Shown piece by piece: positions 51,704 through 62,396 of a stretch of DNA of 64,000 nt. The notes under the pieces were generated by a model. It was not told where the DNA came from, did no database searches, and saw only the letters and a program-made list of their open reading frames with translations. The stretch spans positions 3,424 to 67,423 of the forward strand of contig CACFBW010000005.1 of the NCBI GenBank assembly GCA_902564565.1. Reading direction: 5' to 3'. Source of the DNA: an uncultured Pelagibacteraceae bacterium (GTDB lineage: Bacteria; Pseudomonadota; Alphaproteobacteria; Pelagibacterales; Pelagibacteraceae). A program made the position numbers and the translations under genes. Every line of letters starts with the position of its first letter. Position 1 is the first letter of the stretch.

Positions 51704-53257
51704 TCAATCTTTATAAATTTTTTCTCTTGCTGACATAATAAGTTCATCTGATTCATTTTTTGATAAAGCAAATTCTTCTAAATATCCTTTTACTCTTATT
51801 CTTTCTCCTTTTATTACGTCATAACCGCCTGTAAGCTCATCAGATGCCAAGTCAGCAAAGTCTGCTAAGGTTAATATTTTTTGTTCACCTAAAGTAACCA
51901 ACATTCCAGGTGTTAAACCCTTGTGATTAATAAGTTCATTATCTAAACCTAAATCTTTAATTTTATTTGAAATTTCTTCCTGATCCTTTTGATAAAATTC
52001 TTTAGCCCGCTCAATTAAAGCTTTTGCCGTTTCTTCCTCAATACCTTCAATTTTTGTTAATGACTCTGTGGAACTTTCTTTGATATCATCTATAGATGAA
52101 AAACCTTCTGCTACAAGTAATTGCCCTAAAGTTTCATCTAGCTCTAAATTTTTTACAAAATTTTCTGTTTTTTCTTTAAATTCAACTTGTCTTCTCTCAG
52201 AGTCCTCTTGATCAGTCATTATGTTAATTTCATAATTAAGAAGCTTAGTAGCTAATCTTACATTTTGACCCCTTCTGCCAATTGCTTTACTAAGATTTTC
52301 TTCAGTCAAAATTACATCTAATTTTTTTAAATCATTATCTACATTAACTCTTTGTACCTCAGCCGGAGATAATGCATTTGCAACCACTGCAGCTGGATCT
52401 TCTGACCAGTTTACAATGTCAATTTTTTCTCCTTGTAATTCATTAACAACTGCTTGAACTCTTGAACCTCTCATGCCAACACAAGCCCCAACTGGATCTA
52501 AAGATGTATCAATTGCTCTTACACAAATCTTTGCTCTACTCCCTGGATCTCTTGCGGAAGATTTTATTTCAATTAGACCATCATATATTTCTGGAACTTC
52601 CTGAACAAATAATTTTTCCATAAACTTATGATGTGCTCTTGATAAAAAAATTTGTTGACCTCTCGTTTCTCTTCTAACATCATAACAATAAGCTTTGACT
52701 CTATCACCAGCCTTGATGTTTTCTCTCGGAATCATTTCGTTTTTTTGAATTATTCCTTCGGCTTTTCCTAAGTCAACTATTACATTCCCAAACTCTAAAC
52801 GTTTTACTATCCCACTTAAAATTGTATCTTTTTTATCAATAAAATCGTTAAATTGTCTTTGTCTTTCTGCCTCTCTAACATTAAAATTAATAACTTGTTT
52901 AGCTGTCTGCGCTGCAATTCTACCAAAATCAAAAGATGGTAAAACTTGAAGTATTTCATCACCTATTTTTTTATCTTTATTTTCTTCAGATAATTTAACA
53001 GCGTCCTCTAAGCCTATTTCAGTATTAATATTTTCTGGTTTTTCGACTATCAACAATTTTCTAAAAATTCCAATATCTCCACTGTCTCTATTAATTAAAA
53101 CTTTAATCTCATTATCTTGTCCAAACTTTGATTTTGCCGCTTTTGCTATTCCGTTCTCCATAGAGTCTATAATAAGCTCTTTATCTATAGATTTTTCTAA
53201 AGCTACAGCTTCTGCAATTCTAAGTAATTCTAGTTTATCTGCTCTTTTATTTAACAT
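51704..53257 (-). CDS. nusA: Transcription factor NusA
   Basis: FGRIAAQTAKQ, ARDPGSRAK and AIGRRGQNVRLA. Confidence 0.98.
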   Translation of the reverse strand: MLNKRADKLELLRIAEAVALEKSIDKELIIDSMENGIAKAAKSKFGQDNEIKVLINRDSGDIGIFRKLLIVEKPENINTEIGLEDAVKLSEENKDKKIGDEILQVLPSFDFGRIAAQTAKQVINFNVREAERQRQFNDFIDKKDTILSGIVKRLEFGNVIVDLGKAEGIIQKNEMIPRENIKAGDRVKAYCYDVRRETRGQQIFLSRAHHKFMEKLFVQEVPEIYDGLIEIKSSARDPGSRAKICVRAIDTSLDPVGACVGMRGSRVQAVVNELQGEKIDIVNWSEDPAAVVANALSPAEVQRVNVDNDLKKLDVILTEENLSKAIGRRGQNVRLATKLLNYEINIMTDQEDSERRQVEFKEKTENFVKNLELDETLGQLLVAEGFSSIDDIKESSTESLTKIEGIEEETAKALIERAKEFYQKDQEEISNKIKDLGLDNELINHKGLTPGMLVTLGEQKILTLADFADLASDELTGGYDVIKGERIRVKGYLEEFALSKNESDELIMSAREKIYKD

Positions 53258-53271
53258 AGTTTATCGCTTCC

Positions 53272-53298
53272 AAAAAAAAATGGGCCGAAGCCCATTTT
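53272..53298 (-). terminator. Intrinsic terminator (cUUCGg loop) in the nusA leader
   Basis: AAAATGGGC-TTCG-GCCCA-T9 on the minus strand. Confidence 0.85.
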
Positions 53299-53354
53299 GA
53301 AATTTCAACAATGTGAAATCAATATAAGTATTTTCTTTAAATATTCAACTTTAA

Positions 53355-54518
53355 TTACTTGGTAAAAACCCCAGATTTATCAGTTTTTTCCCACGAAAAA
53401 GAACCATTAGACTCTGGAACTCTTCCAAAGTGTCCATATGCTGCCGTTTTTTGATAAATAGGTTTATTTAAACCCAACATTTCTCTTATACCTCTTGGGC
53501 TTAAGTCAAAATTTTCATTAATAAGCTTTTCAACATGTCTATTCTTTTCTTCGTCGTTATCAAATAAATCAACGTAAATTGAGAGAGGTTTAGACACGCC
53601 TATTGCATATGCTAGTTGAATTAAACATTTATCAGATATTTTTGAAGCAACTACATTTTTAGCCAAATATCTAGAAGCATAGGCAGCAGATCTATCCACC
53701 TTTGTTGGATCTTTTCCTGAAAAAGCTCCACCACCATGCGGTGCTGCACCACCATAAGTATCAACTATTATCTTTCTGCCCGTTAATCCACTATCTCCAT
53801 CAGGACCACCTATGACAAAATTTCCGGTAGGATTTATATAAATCTCCTTTTCATCAAGATTTCCTAATAAATTTTTTGGAATAGATTTTTCAATATATGG
53901 CATACAAAGTTCTTTAACTTTTGCTAAGTCAACATCTTTGGAATGTTGAGTTGATATAACAACTGATTTTACATTCGCAGGTTTGCCATCTTTGTACTCA
54001 ATAGTAATTTGACTTTTTGAGTCTGGCTCTATTCCATTTAGCTTTCCAGATTTTCTATCCTCAGCCATTAATCTTAAAATTCTATGAGAGTAATGAATTG
54101 GAGCTGGCATTAAAACATCAGTTTCATTACATGCATATCCAAACATAATTCCCTGATCTCCAGCACCTTCATCTTTGTTTCCAGAAGAGTCTACTCCCAT
54201 AGCTATATCTGCTGACTGAGAGTGTAAGTGAGTTTCAATCTTAGTAGTATCTTTCCAACTAAAACCCTCTTGGTCATAACCAATATCTTTAATACAATCT
54301 CTAACTTTTGATATTAATTCATCTTTTTTAATTTCTGGACCTCTTGTCTCTCCTGCCAAAACTACTTTGTTTGTCGTGGTTAAGGTTTCGCATGCAACTC
54401 TAGCTTGGGGCTCCATTCCTAAATATGTGTCTACGACCATATCTGAAATTCTATCACAAACTTTATCTGGGTGCCCTTCTGATACCGATTCACTTGTAAA
54501 TAAAAAATTTTTTTTCAT
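53355..54518 (-). CDS. metK: S-adenosylmethionine synthetase
   Basis: [19 protein letters not shown] and GGGAFSGKD. Confidence 0.98.
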   Translation of the reverse strand: MKKNFLFTSESVSEGHPDKVCDRISDMVVDTYLGMEPQARVACETLTTTNKVVLAGETRGPEIKKDELISKVRDCIKDIGYDQEGFSWKDTTKIETHLHSQSADIAMGVDSSGNKDEGAGDQGIMFGYACNETDVLMPAPIHYSHRILRLMAEDRKSGKLNGIEPDSKSQITIEYKDGKPANVKSVVISTQHSKDVDLAKVKELCMPYIEKSIPKNLLGNLDEKEIYINPTGNFVIGGPDGDSGLTGRKIIVDTYGGAAPHGGGAFSGKDPTKVDRSAAYASRYLAKNVVASKISDKCLIQLAYAIGVSKPLSIYVDLFDNDEEKNRHVEKLINENFDLSPRGIREMLGLNKPIYQKTAAYGHFGRVPESNGSFSWEKTDKSGVFTK

Positions 54519-54527
54519 CTTGTCTCC

Positions 54528-56045
54528 CTATTTTTTTTTTATAAAAAAAATCAAAATAATATAAAAAAATATAAAATAAAAGAAAATCTTGTTACCTTGA
54601 GTGCTAAAAAAAGTTTTTGAAGTTTTTTTATATGATTTTACTTCTATAACTCCCTTGTCAGTTGATTTGATTTTATCTATAACATTTCCGGAAGCGCTTA
54701 TATGAGCTGAAATACCTCCGTTTGTTGAACGGATTAAATCTTTACCTTCCTCGATAGATCTAAAAATAGAATGAGAAAAATGCTGGAATGGTCCTATTGA
54801 ATTACCAAACCATCCATCTTCAGAAATATTTATTATAAAATCAAATTCTTGTTCGTTTTTTTTAATTCTACCTGAATAGATTATTTCATAGCAAATAAGT
54901 GGTAAAAATTTTAAATTGCTTATGTTTAAAATTTTTCTATTTTTATCTGCACTAAATGAAACATATCCCTGAGTGATTTTTTTGAGACCAATCTTAGAAA
55001 ATATTTTTTCTAATGGCAAATATTCTCCAAATGGAACAAGTTTATTTTTATTATACTTTGCAAGAATATTTAAATTATTATCTAAAACTACCATTGAATT
55101 GAATATTTTTGAATTTTCGATACTATTCATTCCTAGTACTATCTTGTGATTATTCGAAAAATGATCTTTAAAAATTGCTTCATAAGCAGAAATGTCATCT
55201 AAAAAAATACTTGTAAGAATACCTTCGGGAAATACAAAAATAGTATCATTTGAATCAGTTTTACTTAAACTTATTAACTCATTAATAATAATAGTTGGAT
55301 CTTCATTTTGAAAGAATCTGTCAATTTTTATATTGGGAGAAACAATTTTAATGGTGGTATCTAAATTAATACTTTGCAAACTGTCATAAATTTTTCTTTC
55401 ATTTTGTCCGTAGTAAATATTTATTCCTGCTAAAAGAATTAAAAAAAAAATTAATATTAATCTAGATCTTATGCTTTTGTTATATAATATTATTACAGGA
55501 GTTAAAAAAAGTGTGATTGAAAGAAGATTAAATGAATAAGTTCCTATTAATTTTAAAATTTGAATAAAATCTGTGTATTTTGTCCAACTAAAAGCAATTA
55601 AATTCCATGGAAAACCACCTAATATAGTTCCTCTTATAAATTCAACAATGGAAAGTATTAATGAGAAAACTAAAATTGAGCTATAATTTTTATCTAAGTT
55701 AAAAAATGAACATATATAAGTTGCCAAACCATAAAATAAACCAAGAAATAAAGGAATTGTCAAAAATGCAATTGGTATTAACGGTTTAAATATTTCCTCA
55801 AATGTTAAAGAATTAGTAATCCAATATACATTAGAAATAAAATAACCAAATCCAAATAGCCATCCAATTATAAAAGAATTCCATTTTTTTTTTTTAAAAT
55901 AAGAAAGAAAAAAAATAAATAATAGTGGAAACGTGAAAAAATTAAGAAAGAATAAATTGTATGGTGTTAAACTAAATGAGGAAATTATACCTAAACAAAA
56001 AGGTATTAAATAATATAAAAATTGATTATCTATTTTTGTTAACAA
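54528..56045 (-). CDS. lnt: Apolipoprotein N-acyltransferase
   Basis: GGFPWN, FPE, KLVPFGEY and ICYE. Confidence 0.94.
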   Translation of the reverse strand: MLTKIDNQFLYYLIPFCLGIISSFSLTPYNLFFLNFFTFPLLFIFFLSYFKKKKWNSFIIGWLFGFGYFISNVYWITNSLTFEEIFKPLIPIAFLTIPLFLGLFYGLATYICSFFNLDKNYSSILVFSLILSIVEFIRGTILGGFPWNLIAFSWTKYTDFIQILKLIGTYSFNLLSITLFLTPVIILYNKSIRSRLILIFFLILLAGINIYYGQNERKIYDSLQSINLDTTIKIVSPNIKIDRFFQNEDPTIIINELISLSKTDSNDTIFVFPEGILTSIFLDDISAYEAIFKDHFSNNHKIVLGMNSIENSKIFNSMVVLDNNLNILAKYNKNKLVPFGEYLPLEKIFSKIGLKKITQGYVSFSADKNRKILNISNLKFLPLICYEIIYSGRIKKNEQEFDFIINISEDGWFGNSIGPFQHFSHSIFRSIEEGKDLIRSTNGGISAHISASGNVIDKIKSTDKGVIEVKSYKKTSKTFFSTQGNKIFFYFIFFYIILIFFIKKK

Positions 56046-56046
56046 T

Positions 56047-56487
56047 TTATTTATTTAAATAATTTAATATTAGTAATTCTTTTTTATTCATTTTTTTATA
56101 ATCTTTATTTTTTTTATGATCATATCCAGCTAAGTGTAGATAACCATGTATCCACATTTTATCAAACTCATAATTAAAATTTGAAATTCTTGACCTTTTA
56201 TTAATAATTTCAAAACTTACTGCAATATCTCCAATATAAATATTATTTTTAGTTATATACTTTAATGGAAATGATAACACATCTGTAATTTTATTTTTTT
56301 TTCTGAATTGATTATTTAGCTTTTTCATTTTAGCATTGTTGGTAAGTAAAATTGAAAATTCCAAATTTTTATTTTTAAGTTTTAAAATTTTTTTGAGTTT
56401 ATCAAGTTTTTTTCGAAGATATTTTTCTGGATTATATACTTTTTTTTTCCACTTAGGAAATTCGACTACTACGTTTGCCTTTATCAT
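56047..56487 (-). CDS. ybeY: rRNA maturation RNase YbeY
   Basis: TDVLSFP and HGYLHLAGYDH. Confidence 0.95.
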   Translation of the reverse strand: MIKANVVVEFPKWKKKVYNPEKYLRKKLDKLKKILKLKNKNLEFSILLTNNAKMKKLNNQFRKKNKITDVLSFPLKYITKNNIYIGDIAVSFEIINKRSRISNFNYEFDKMWIHGYLHLAGYDHKKNKDYKKMNKKELLILNYLNK

Positions 56488-57494
56488 TCATCTCTATTTT
56501 TGTCTGAATAGGCTTTTACAATTTTTGAAACCAAAGGATGTCGAACTACATCTCTATGATCAAAATCAACAATGGAAATTTCTTTTAAATGGCCTAACAA
56601 TTTTTTTGATCTATTCAGTCCTGATAAAGATTTATTTGGTAAGTCAATTTGAGAAGGGTCGCCATTTATTACAATTTTAGAATTTTCACCAATTCTAGTT
56701 AGAAACATTTTGATTTGTGTATCAGTTGCATTTTGTGCTTCATCTAGAATAGCAAAAGAATTTTTTAAAGTTCTTCCCCTCATAAAAGCTAAGGGCGCAA
56801 TTTCTATATCCCCAACTTCAATTTTTTTTTGAATTTTTTCATAATCTAATAAATCATATAGAGAATCGTAAAGAGGCCTTAAGTATGGATCCACTTTTTC
56901 CCTCATATCTCCAGGTAAAAAACCTAATCTCTCTCCTGCTTCAACAGCTGGTCTTGAAAGAATTATTCTTTCAATCTTTTTTTCTAACAACATTGTTAAA
57001 GCTACTGCTACTGCCAAAAATGTTTTTCCCGTTCCAGCTGGTCCTGCAGAAATAATAACTTCATTCTCTTTCAGCGCTGTAACATAATTTTTTTGTTTCT
57101 CTGATCTCGGGATAACTGATTTTTTTGGAGTTTTAATTATATATTCTATATTTTTTTTACTATTATTTATTTTTTCATCAATCATAAATTTATTTACTGA
57201 GGAAATTATATCTTTTTTTTCTACAGTTCCATTTATTTTAAACTGTTCTAATAAAAATTTAATAGCATTTTTTACTAATTCGTTCTTTTTTGAATTACTT
57301 TTAACCAGTATTGAATTGCCTCTTGAATATATATTAGTTTCTGTAATTCTTTCTAGCTCTTTAATATTATTGTTAAATTCACCCACAACGCCTAATAATA
57401 ATTCATTTTTTTGAAATATTATGCTGAGCGTATCATTGTCGGAATATACGAACTTAAGATCAGAATTTAATTTTTTGTAAGCAGTATTGGTCAA
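56484..57494 (-). CDS. phoH: PhoH/YbeZ family ATPase
   Basis: GPAGTGKT, RPAVEAGE.LGFLPG and DEAQN. Confidence 0.95.
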   Translation of the reverse strand: MTNTAYKKLNSDLKFVYSDNDTLSIIFQKNELLLGVVGEFNNNIKELERITETNIYSRGNSILVKSNSKKNELVKNAIKFLLEQFKINGTVEKKDIISSVNKFMIDEKINNSKKNIEYIIKTPKKSVIPRSEKQKNYVTALKENEVIISAGPAGTGKTFLAVAVALTMLLEKKIERIILSRPAVEAGERLGFLPGDMREKVDPYLRPLYDSLYDLLDYEKIQKKIEVGDIEIAPLAFMRGRTLKNSFAILDEAQNATDTQIKMFLTRIGENSKIVINGDPSQIDLPNKSLSGLNRSKKLLGHLKEISIVDFDHRDVVRHPLVSKIVKAYSDKNRDE

Positions 57495-57495
57495 A

Positions 57496-58830
57496 TTATG
57501 CAGCTTTCATATTTTTATGTACAATTTCACCAAATAAACTGTTTTGATTACAACTTTCTATTTTAACTTTAGTAATTTTTCCAATATTTTTTTCATCTCC
57601 TTTAAAAATCACAGAATTTAGATATTTATTTCTCCCAAACAGTTGGTTTCCTTTTTTTGTTTTGTTTTCAACTAAAACATCAATATATTTATTTTCAAAT
57701 GATTGATTCATTTCCAATTGATGAGAAAATAAAATTTCTTGAACTTTAAGCAATCTATCCTTAGATATTTCATCAGAAATTAGCTCTAATCCAGCTGCTT
57801 TTGTACCTGGTCTAGGACTAAAAATGAAAGAATATGAATTGATAAATCTTATTTTTTTTATTAATTCAATTGTCTCATTAAATTCTTTCACTGTTTCACC
57901 TGGATATGAAATAATAAAATCACTTGAAAATTCTATTTTTGAGTTAATTTTCTTCAATTTATTATAAATTTCTAAATATTCTTCAACTGTATGTTTTCTA
58001 TTCATTAATTTTAAAATTCTATTTGATCCACTTTGTATCGGCAAATGAATAAATGGCATCAATTTTTTACTTGTAACATAACAATCAATCAAATCATCTG
58101 TCATGTCCCTTGGATGTGAAGTGGTATATCTTATTCTTTCTAACTCTGAAAACTTTTCTAACTCATTAATCAAATTAGAAATTTTATAAACTTTTGAATC
58201 TTTTTTGTAAGAATAAGCATTTACATTTTGACCTATCAAGGTTATTTCTTTTGAACCATTTTTAATTAATTTCTCTGCCTCATCAATAATTTTATTAAAA
58301 GGTCTTGAGTACTCTGGACCTCTTGTAAACGGAACAACACAAAAATGACAAAACTTATCACATCCCTCTTGAATAGTTAAAAATGATGAAACTCTATTAC
58401 TTTTATTTTCAATTTTATCGAAATATTCAAATTTTTTAACTGTATCAAATTCAGTTATTTCTTTTTTTTCTTTCTCAGTAAAATTTAACAATATTTGATT
58501 AATTTTATGATAGGACTGTGGACCTATCACAATATCAATGTAAGGTTCTCTTTTAAGCATTTCTTCATTTTCAGCTTGAGCAACACATCCGGCAACAACC
58601 ATAATTGGCTTATTTTTTTTAGAATATAATTGTTTTACTCTACCCACTTCATGATAAACTTTCTCTTTAGCCTTATCTCTTATGTGACAAGTATTAAGTA
58701 TATAACAATTCGCTGAATCTTGTTTTTCAGTTTTTATAAAACCAATTTTTTTTATCGAATCATAAATACGACTAGAATCGTATTCATTCATTTGGCAGCC
58801 GAATGTTTTGATAAATACTTTTTTTTGCAT
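57496..58830 (-). CDS. miaB: tRNA-i6A37 methylthiotransferase
   Basis: TFGCQMNEYDS and CDKFCHFC radical SAM motif; TRAM domain. Confidence 0.96.
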   Translation of the reverse strand: MQKKVFIKTFGCQMNEYDSSRIYDSIKKIGFIKTEKQDSANCYILNTCHIRDKAKEKVYHEVGRVKQLYSKKNKPIMVVAGCVAQAENEEMLKREPYIDIVIGPQSYHKINQILLNFTEKEKKEITEFDTVKKFEYFDKIENKSNRVSSFLTIQEGCDKFCHFCVVPFTRGPEYSRPFNKIIDEAEKLIKNGSKEITLIGQNVNAYSYKKDSKVYKISNLINELEKFSELERIRYTTSHPRDMTDDLIDCYVTSKKLMPFIHLPIQSGSNRILKLMNRKHTVEEYLEIYNKLKKINSKIEFSSDFIISYPGETVKEFNETIELIKKIRFINSYSFIFSPRPGTKAAGLELISDEISKDRLLKVQEILFSHQLEMNQSFENKYIDVLVENKTKKGNQLFGRNKYLNSVIFKGDEKNIGKITKVKIESCNQNSLFGEIVHKNMKAA

Positions 58831-58835
58831 TTAAC

Positions 58836-59246
58836 TTAAGATTTTTTTTTAATTCCGTACAATTCTAATTTATGATCAACTAATTCATAACCATATTTTT
58901 CTGCAACTTTCTTTTGCAAATCTTCAATTTCATTATCCACAAATTCTATAATTTCTCCTGTTTTTACATCTATAAGATGATCATGGTGTCCTTCATTTAA
59001 TTCTTCATATCTTGCTTTGCTACCTTTAAAATCATGTTTTGCCAAAATTCCACTTTCTTGAAAAAGTTTTACTGTTCTATAAACAGTTGCAATGCTGATT
59101 TTTGAATCAATTTTAGAAACTCTAACGTAAAGATCATCAACATTTGGATGATCATTAGATTCGGACATTACCTTTGCTATAATTTTTCTTTGTTCAGTAA
59201 GTTTAACTCCCTTGTCTTTACATTTTTTTTCAATACTTATAGGCAT
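58836..59246 (-). CDS. fur: Fur (Fur/Mur) family regulator
   Basis: TEQR, DHP, SIATVYRT and HHDHLID. Confidence 0.93.
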   Translation of the reverse strand: MPISIEKKCKDKGVKLTEQRKIIAKVMSESNDHPNVDDLYVRVSKIDSKISIATVYRTVKLFQESGILAKHDFKGSKARYEELNEGHHDHLIDVKTGEIIEFVDNEIEDLQKKVAEKYGYELVDHKLELYGIKKKS

Positions 59247-59255
59247 TTACTTATT

Positions 59256-59699
59256 CTAACTCAAATAAAGTGGTTTAATCAAATTTTTTTTAATTTTATA
59301 TTTACTGCACAATTTAGGAATTTCCTCATATTTTATATTATGATATTGCGACAGTAAGGATAAATTGCCTATAATTTTATTTTTAATGGATTTTTTTATA
59401 TTTATAAAATCAAAAAAACTAAAACAATAATATTCAATATTATTGGAAAGATGATAACCTTTAGCAATTGAAATTGCACTTCTAATACCAGCAAAGCTAC
59501 CCGGACCTCTATTTACATAAATTCTATTTAAATCTCTTATGAATAATTTATTTTTCTCAAGTAAATCACCAATTAAGATTACAAGTTTATCAAAATTATT
59601 TTTACTATTTTCATGCTTGCTAGTATAAATATTTTTAGTACTTTTTATGAGAGTTAAAAAAATTTTATCAGTTGTGGCATCAATAATTAAATCATTCAT
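59256..59699 (-). CDS. tsaB: t6A biosynthesis protein TsaB, shortened
   Basis: LIIDAT, VNRGPGSFAGIR and C-terminal PLYL; likely ATG 59699. Confidence 0.85.
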   Translation of the reverse strand: MNDLIIDATTDKIFLTLIKSTKNIYTSKHENSKNNFDKLVILIGDLLEKNKLFIRDLNRIYVNRGPGSFAGIRSAISIAKGYHLSNNIEYYCFSFFDFINIKKSIKNKIIGNLSLLSQYHNIKYEEIPKLCSKYKIKKNLIKPLYLS

Positions 59700-60705
59700 A
59701 ATTTTAATTTTATTATTTATTAATTCTAAGGCAGAAGAAAATAATATCAAATATTATTCTAAAGATTTGGGAACTTTAGCCTTAATGTATCATAGGTTTA
59801 ATGAGGATAAATATCCATCAACAAATATTAAAATGAATGTTTTTGAAAAACAAATTAATATTATAAAAAATAAAAAATATGAATTCGAAAATCCAAAAAA
59901 TTTTGATATAGAATTTAATAAACCAAAATCTCAAAAAAAAATTTTAATTACAATTGATGATGCATTTACTTCCTTTTATGAAAATGCATGGCCTTTCTTA
60001 AAAAAAAACAAAATTCCTTTTATATTATTTGTGTCTACCGAACCGGTTGGAAGAAAAGGATACATGACCTGGAAACAAATAAAAGAAATTGAAAATGAAG
60101 ATTTTGCTTTTATTGGAAATCATTCTCATTCTCATGAATATTTAGTAGATTTTAAATTTGAAGATTTTAAAAAAGACATTGATAATTCGATTAATATTTT
60201 TAATGAAAAATTAGGTTATAATCCTATTTTTTTTTCATATCCATTTGGCGAATACACGCTCGAACAGATAAATTATATAAAGAAAAAATTTAAATATGCT
60301 TTTGGCCAGCATTCTGGTGTAATTGATTTTAATAAAGATGTTTATGAACTGCCAAGATTCCCTATAAATGAAAAATATGGTGACTTAAAAAGATTTAATT
60401 TTCTAATAGATCTTTTACCTCTACAGTTCAAAAATATTGAACCGGAAGATAAATATATTAAAAATAATAATCCTCCAAAACTAATTATAAATTTTTTTAA
60501 AAATCAAAAAAATTTAAAAAATATTAATTGCTTCTCTGATGAAGGTAACAAATGGAATAAATCAAATTTAACACTAGAAGAAAATAAATTAACCGTTCAT
60601 TTTAGAGAAAAATTCCAATTTAGAAGGGGTAGAATTAATTGTTCTTTAAATGACATTGATGGATGGCGATGGCTAGGTTTACAATTTTCTGTAAAATTAA
60701 ATTAA
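59647..60705 (+). CDS. Exported polysaccharide deacetylase (CE4)
   Basis: Signal peptide; LMYHRF, TIDD, HSHSH and SYPFG motifs. Confidence 0.9.
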   Translation: MRVKKILSVVASIIKSFIILILLFINSKAEENNIKYYSKDLGTLALMYHRFNEDKYPSTNIKMNVFEKQINIIKNKKYEFENPKNFDIEFNKPKSQKKILITIDDAFTSFYENAWPFLKKNKIPFILFVSTEPVGRKGYMTWKQIKEIENEDFAFIGNHSHSHEYLVDFKFEDFKKDIDNSINIFNEKLGYNPIFFSYPFGEYTLEQINYIKKKFKYAFGQHSGVIDFNKDVYELPRFPINEKYGDLKRFNFLIDLLPLQFKNIEPEDKYIKNNNPPKLIINFFKNQKNLKNINCFSDEGNKWNKSNLTLEENKLTVHFREKFQFRRGRINCSLNDIDGWRWLGLQFSVKLN

Positions 60706-61827
60706 ACTTTTAAGTTTTTTACTAGAAGGAAGCAATTTAACATCATCAAACTCTGTTAGGTTGTTTTGTTTTATAATTTGTTTTAAAATTTTTACATATT
60801 CTTTTCCAGTTTCTGCATACTTATCTAAATAATTTGAAAGTATTAAACTATCTAATTTCATTTTATTATCTCTTAACTCTGCTCTTGCTAGTCTAAAGTT
60901 CTTATAACTCGAATGAGTGTTTAGGTTTCTTTGATAAGCTCTAACTGATGATTTTAAAATTTTAAATTTCATAACTTTATGAGTTGTATCATTATCTGCT
61001 CCTGCGGGTTTTATGCCTTCCCCTGACCAGGTCCATTGCCCAAATAAAGCATTTCCCTCTATTGCAAACCTGGATGTTCCCCATCCTGTTTCTTTAGCAG
61101 CTTGAGCAATCGCCAAAGATACCGGTATTTCATCCATTCTAATTTTCAAAGTCGATAAATCTCTATTAACTACGCCGTACTGTTTAAATTTAAAATTTAA
61201 CCACTTTTTTTCAACTTGAGTATTTTTATTTTTATTTAATACTTTAAAAAGTTTTACTCTATCTTGTTTAATTCTATTATTTTCTTCTAAAACTAAAGGT
61301 AAAATTATTTGAATAAATAAATTTTTTTTCTTAGTTGAGCTTTCTATCATCTTCATTTCTCTTGGTAATAATGACAATGCTATAGGCTTAACTAGTTTTG
61401 TTTTTCTTACATCTTTTAAGTTATAGTTTGTGTCCTTAAACAACTGTTCTATTGTAGAAGCATTTAATCTTACTGTGTCAGTAGGTAATTGGTCAAATTT
61501 AAAAACATCTTCAAATAAATTTTTTAAATTTAATTTTTCATCAACTTTAGAGCTATTATCTAGTGGTTCGCCTTTTAAAACTTTCTCTAAATTACTTTTA
61601 GATTTATTTTCAATTTCTTTAGATGCTAAAATTTTATTTTGTTGAAAATCAATAAACTTTGGAAGCATAAAAAAAAATAAAATAACTCCAAAACTTGATA
61701 GGAATGTATAATATATGCTTCTAAAATCTCTACGAAAAAACTTTAAATTATTATTTCGAGATATGGTAAAACCTTTTTTCTTTAAAAACTTTTTTATTTC
61801 TTCCAAAGTAAATTTTTGTTTAATCAT
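60697..61827 (-). CDS. Bax-like glucosaminidase (GH73) protein
   Basis: N-terminal TM; AQAAKETGWGTSRFA..GNALFGQW and NLNTH..Y motifs. Confidence 0.88.
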   Translation of the reverse strand: MIKQKFTLEEIKKFLKKKGFTISRNNNLKFFRRDFRSIYYTFLSSFGVILFFFMLPKFIDFQQNKILASKEIENKSKSNLEKVLKGEPLDNSSKVDEKLNLKNLFEDVFKFDQLPTDTVRLNASTIEQLFKDTNYNLKDVRKTKLVKPIALSLLPREMKMIESSTKKKNLFIQIILPLVLEENNRIKQDRVKLFKVLNKNKNTQVEKKWLNFKFKQYGVVNRDLSTLKIRMDEIPVSLAIAQAAKETGWGTSRFAIEGNALFGQWTWSGEGIKPAGADNDTTHKVMKFKILKSSVRAYQRNLNTHSSYKNFRLARAELRDNKMKLDSLILSNYLDKYAETGKEYVKILKQIIKQNNLTEFDDVKLLPSSKKLKSLI

Positions 61828-61829
61828 TA

Positions 61830-62372
61830 TTAAATCGCCTCAACTTCTTTAATTTCAGGAATATAATGTTTTAATAAATTTTGAACTCCTTGCTTTAAAG
61901 TCATGGTCGAACTGGGACAGCCGGAACAACTTCCTTTTAATTGTACCTTAACTTTGCCATTTTTGTATTCTTTAAATTGTATATCGCCTCCATCTCGAGC
62001 TACGGCAGGTCTAATTTTATCATCCAATATTTTAATTATTTTTTTTTCTATTTCTTTAAATTCTTTTTTATTTTCTGTTACTATATTTTCATCATAAATA
62101 AAATCTTTTCCTTCTAGATAAAATTCACCAATCAAAGATTGAGCTATATGTTTAATATCTTCCCAATCAATATTTTGATCCTTGTTTATTGATAAAAAAT
62201 CTTTACCTAAAAAAACTCCAGTTACTCCATTAATTGAAAGTAAATTTTGTACTAAATCATTATTAATTTGATTTTTTTTTGTAATTTCAATTTGACCACT
62301 ATTAGAAACTATTTTTCCAGGAATAAACTTTAACGAATTAGGATTTGGTGTTGTTTCTGTTTGTATAAACAT
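61830..62372 (-). CDS. nfuA: NifU/NfuA-type Fe-S carrier
   Basis: MFIQTETTPNPNSLKF, RPAVARDGGD and GSCSGCPSS. Confidence 0.92.
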   Translation of the reverse strand: MFIQTETTPNPNSLKFIPGKIVSNSGQIEITKKNQINNDLVQNLLSINGVTGVFLGKDFLSINKDQNIDWEDIKHIAQSLIGEFYLEGKDFIYDENIVTENKKEFKEIEKKIIKILDDKIRPAVARDGGDIQFKEYKNGKVKVQLKGSCSGCPSSTMTLKQGVQNLLKHYIPEIKEVEAI

Positions 62373-62396
62373 ATTTATAAATATAATAATTTATTT

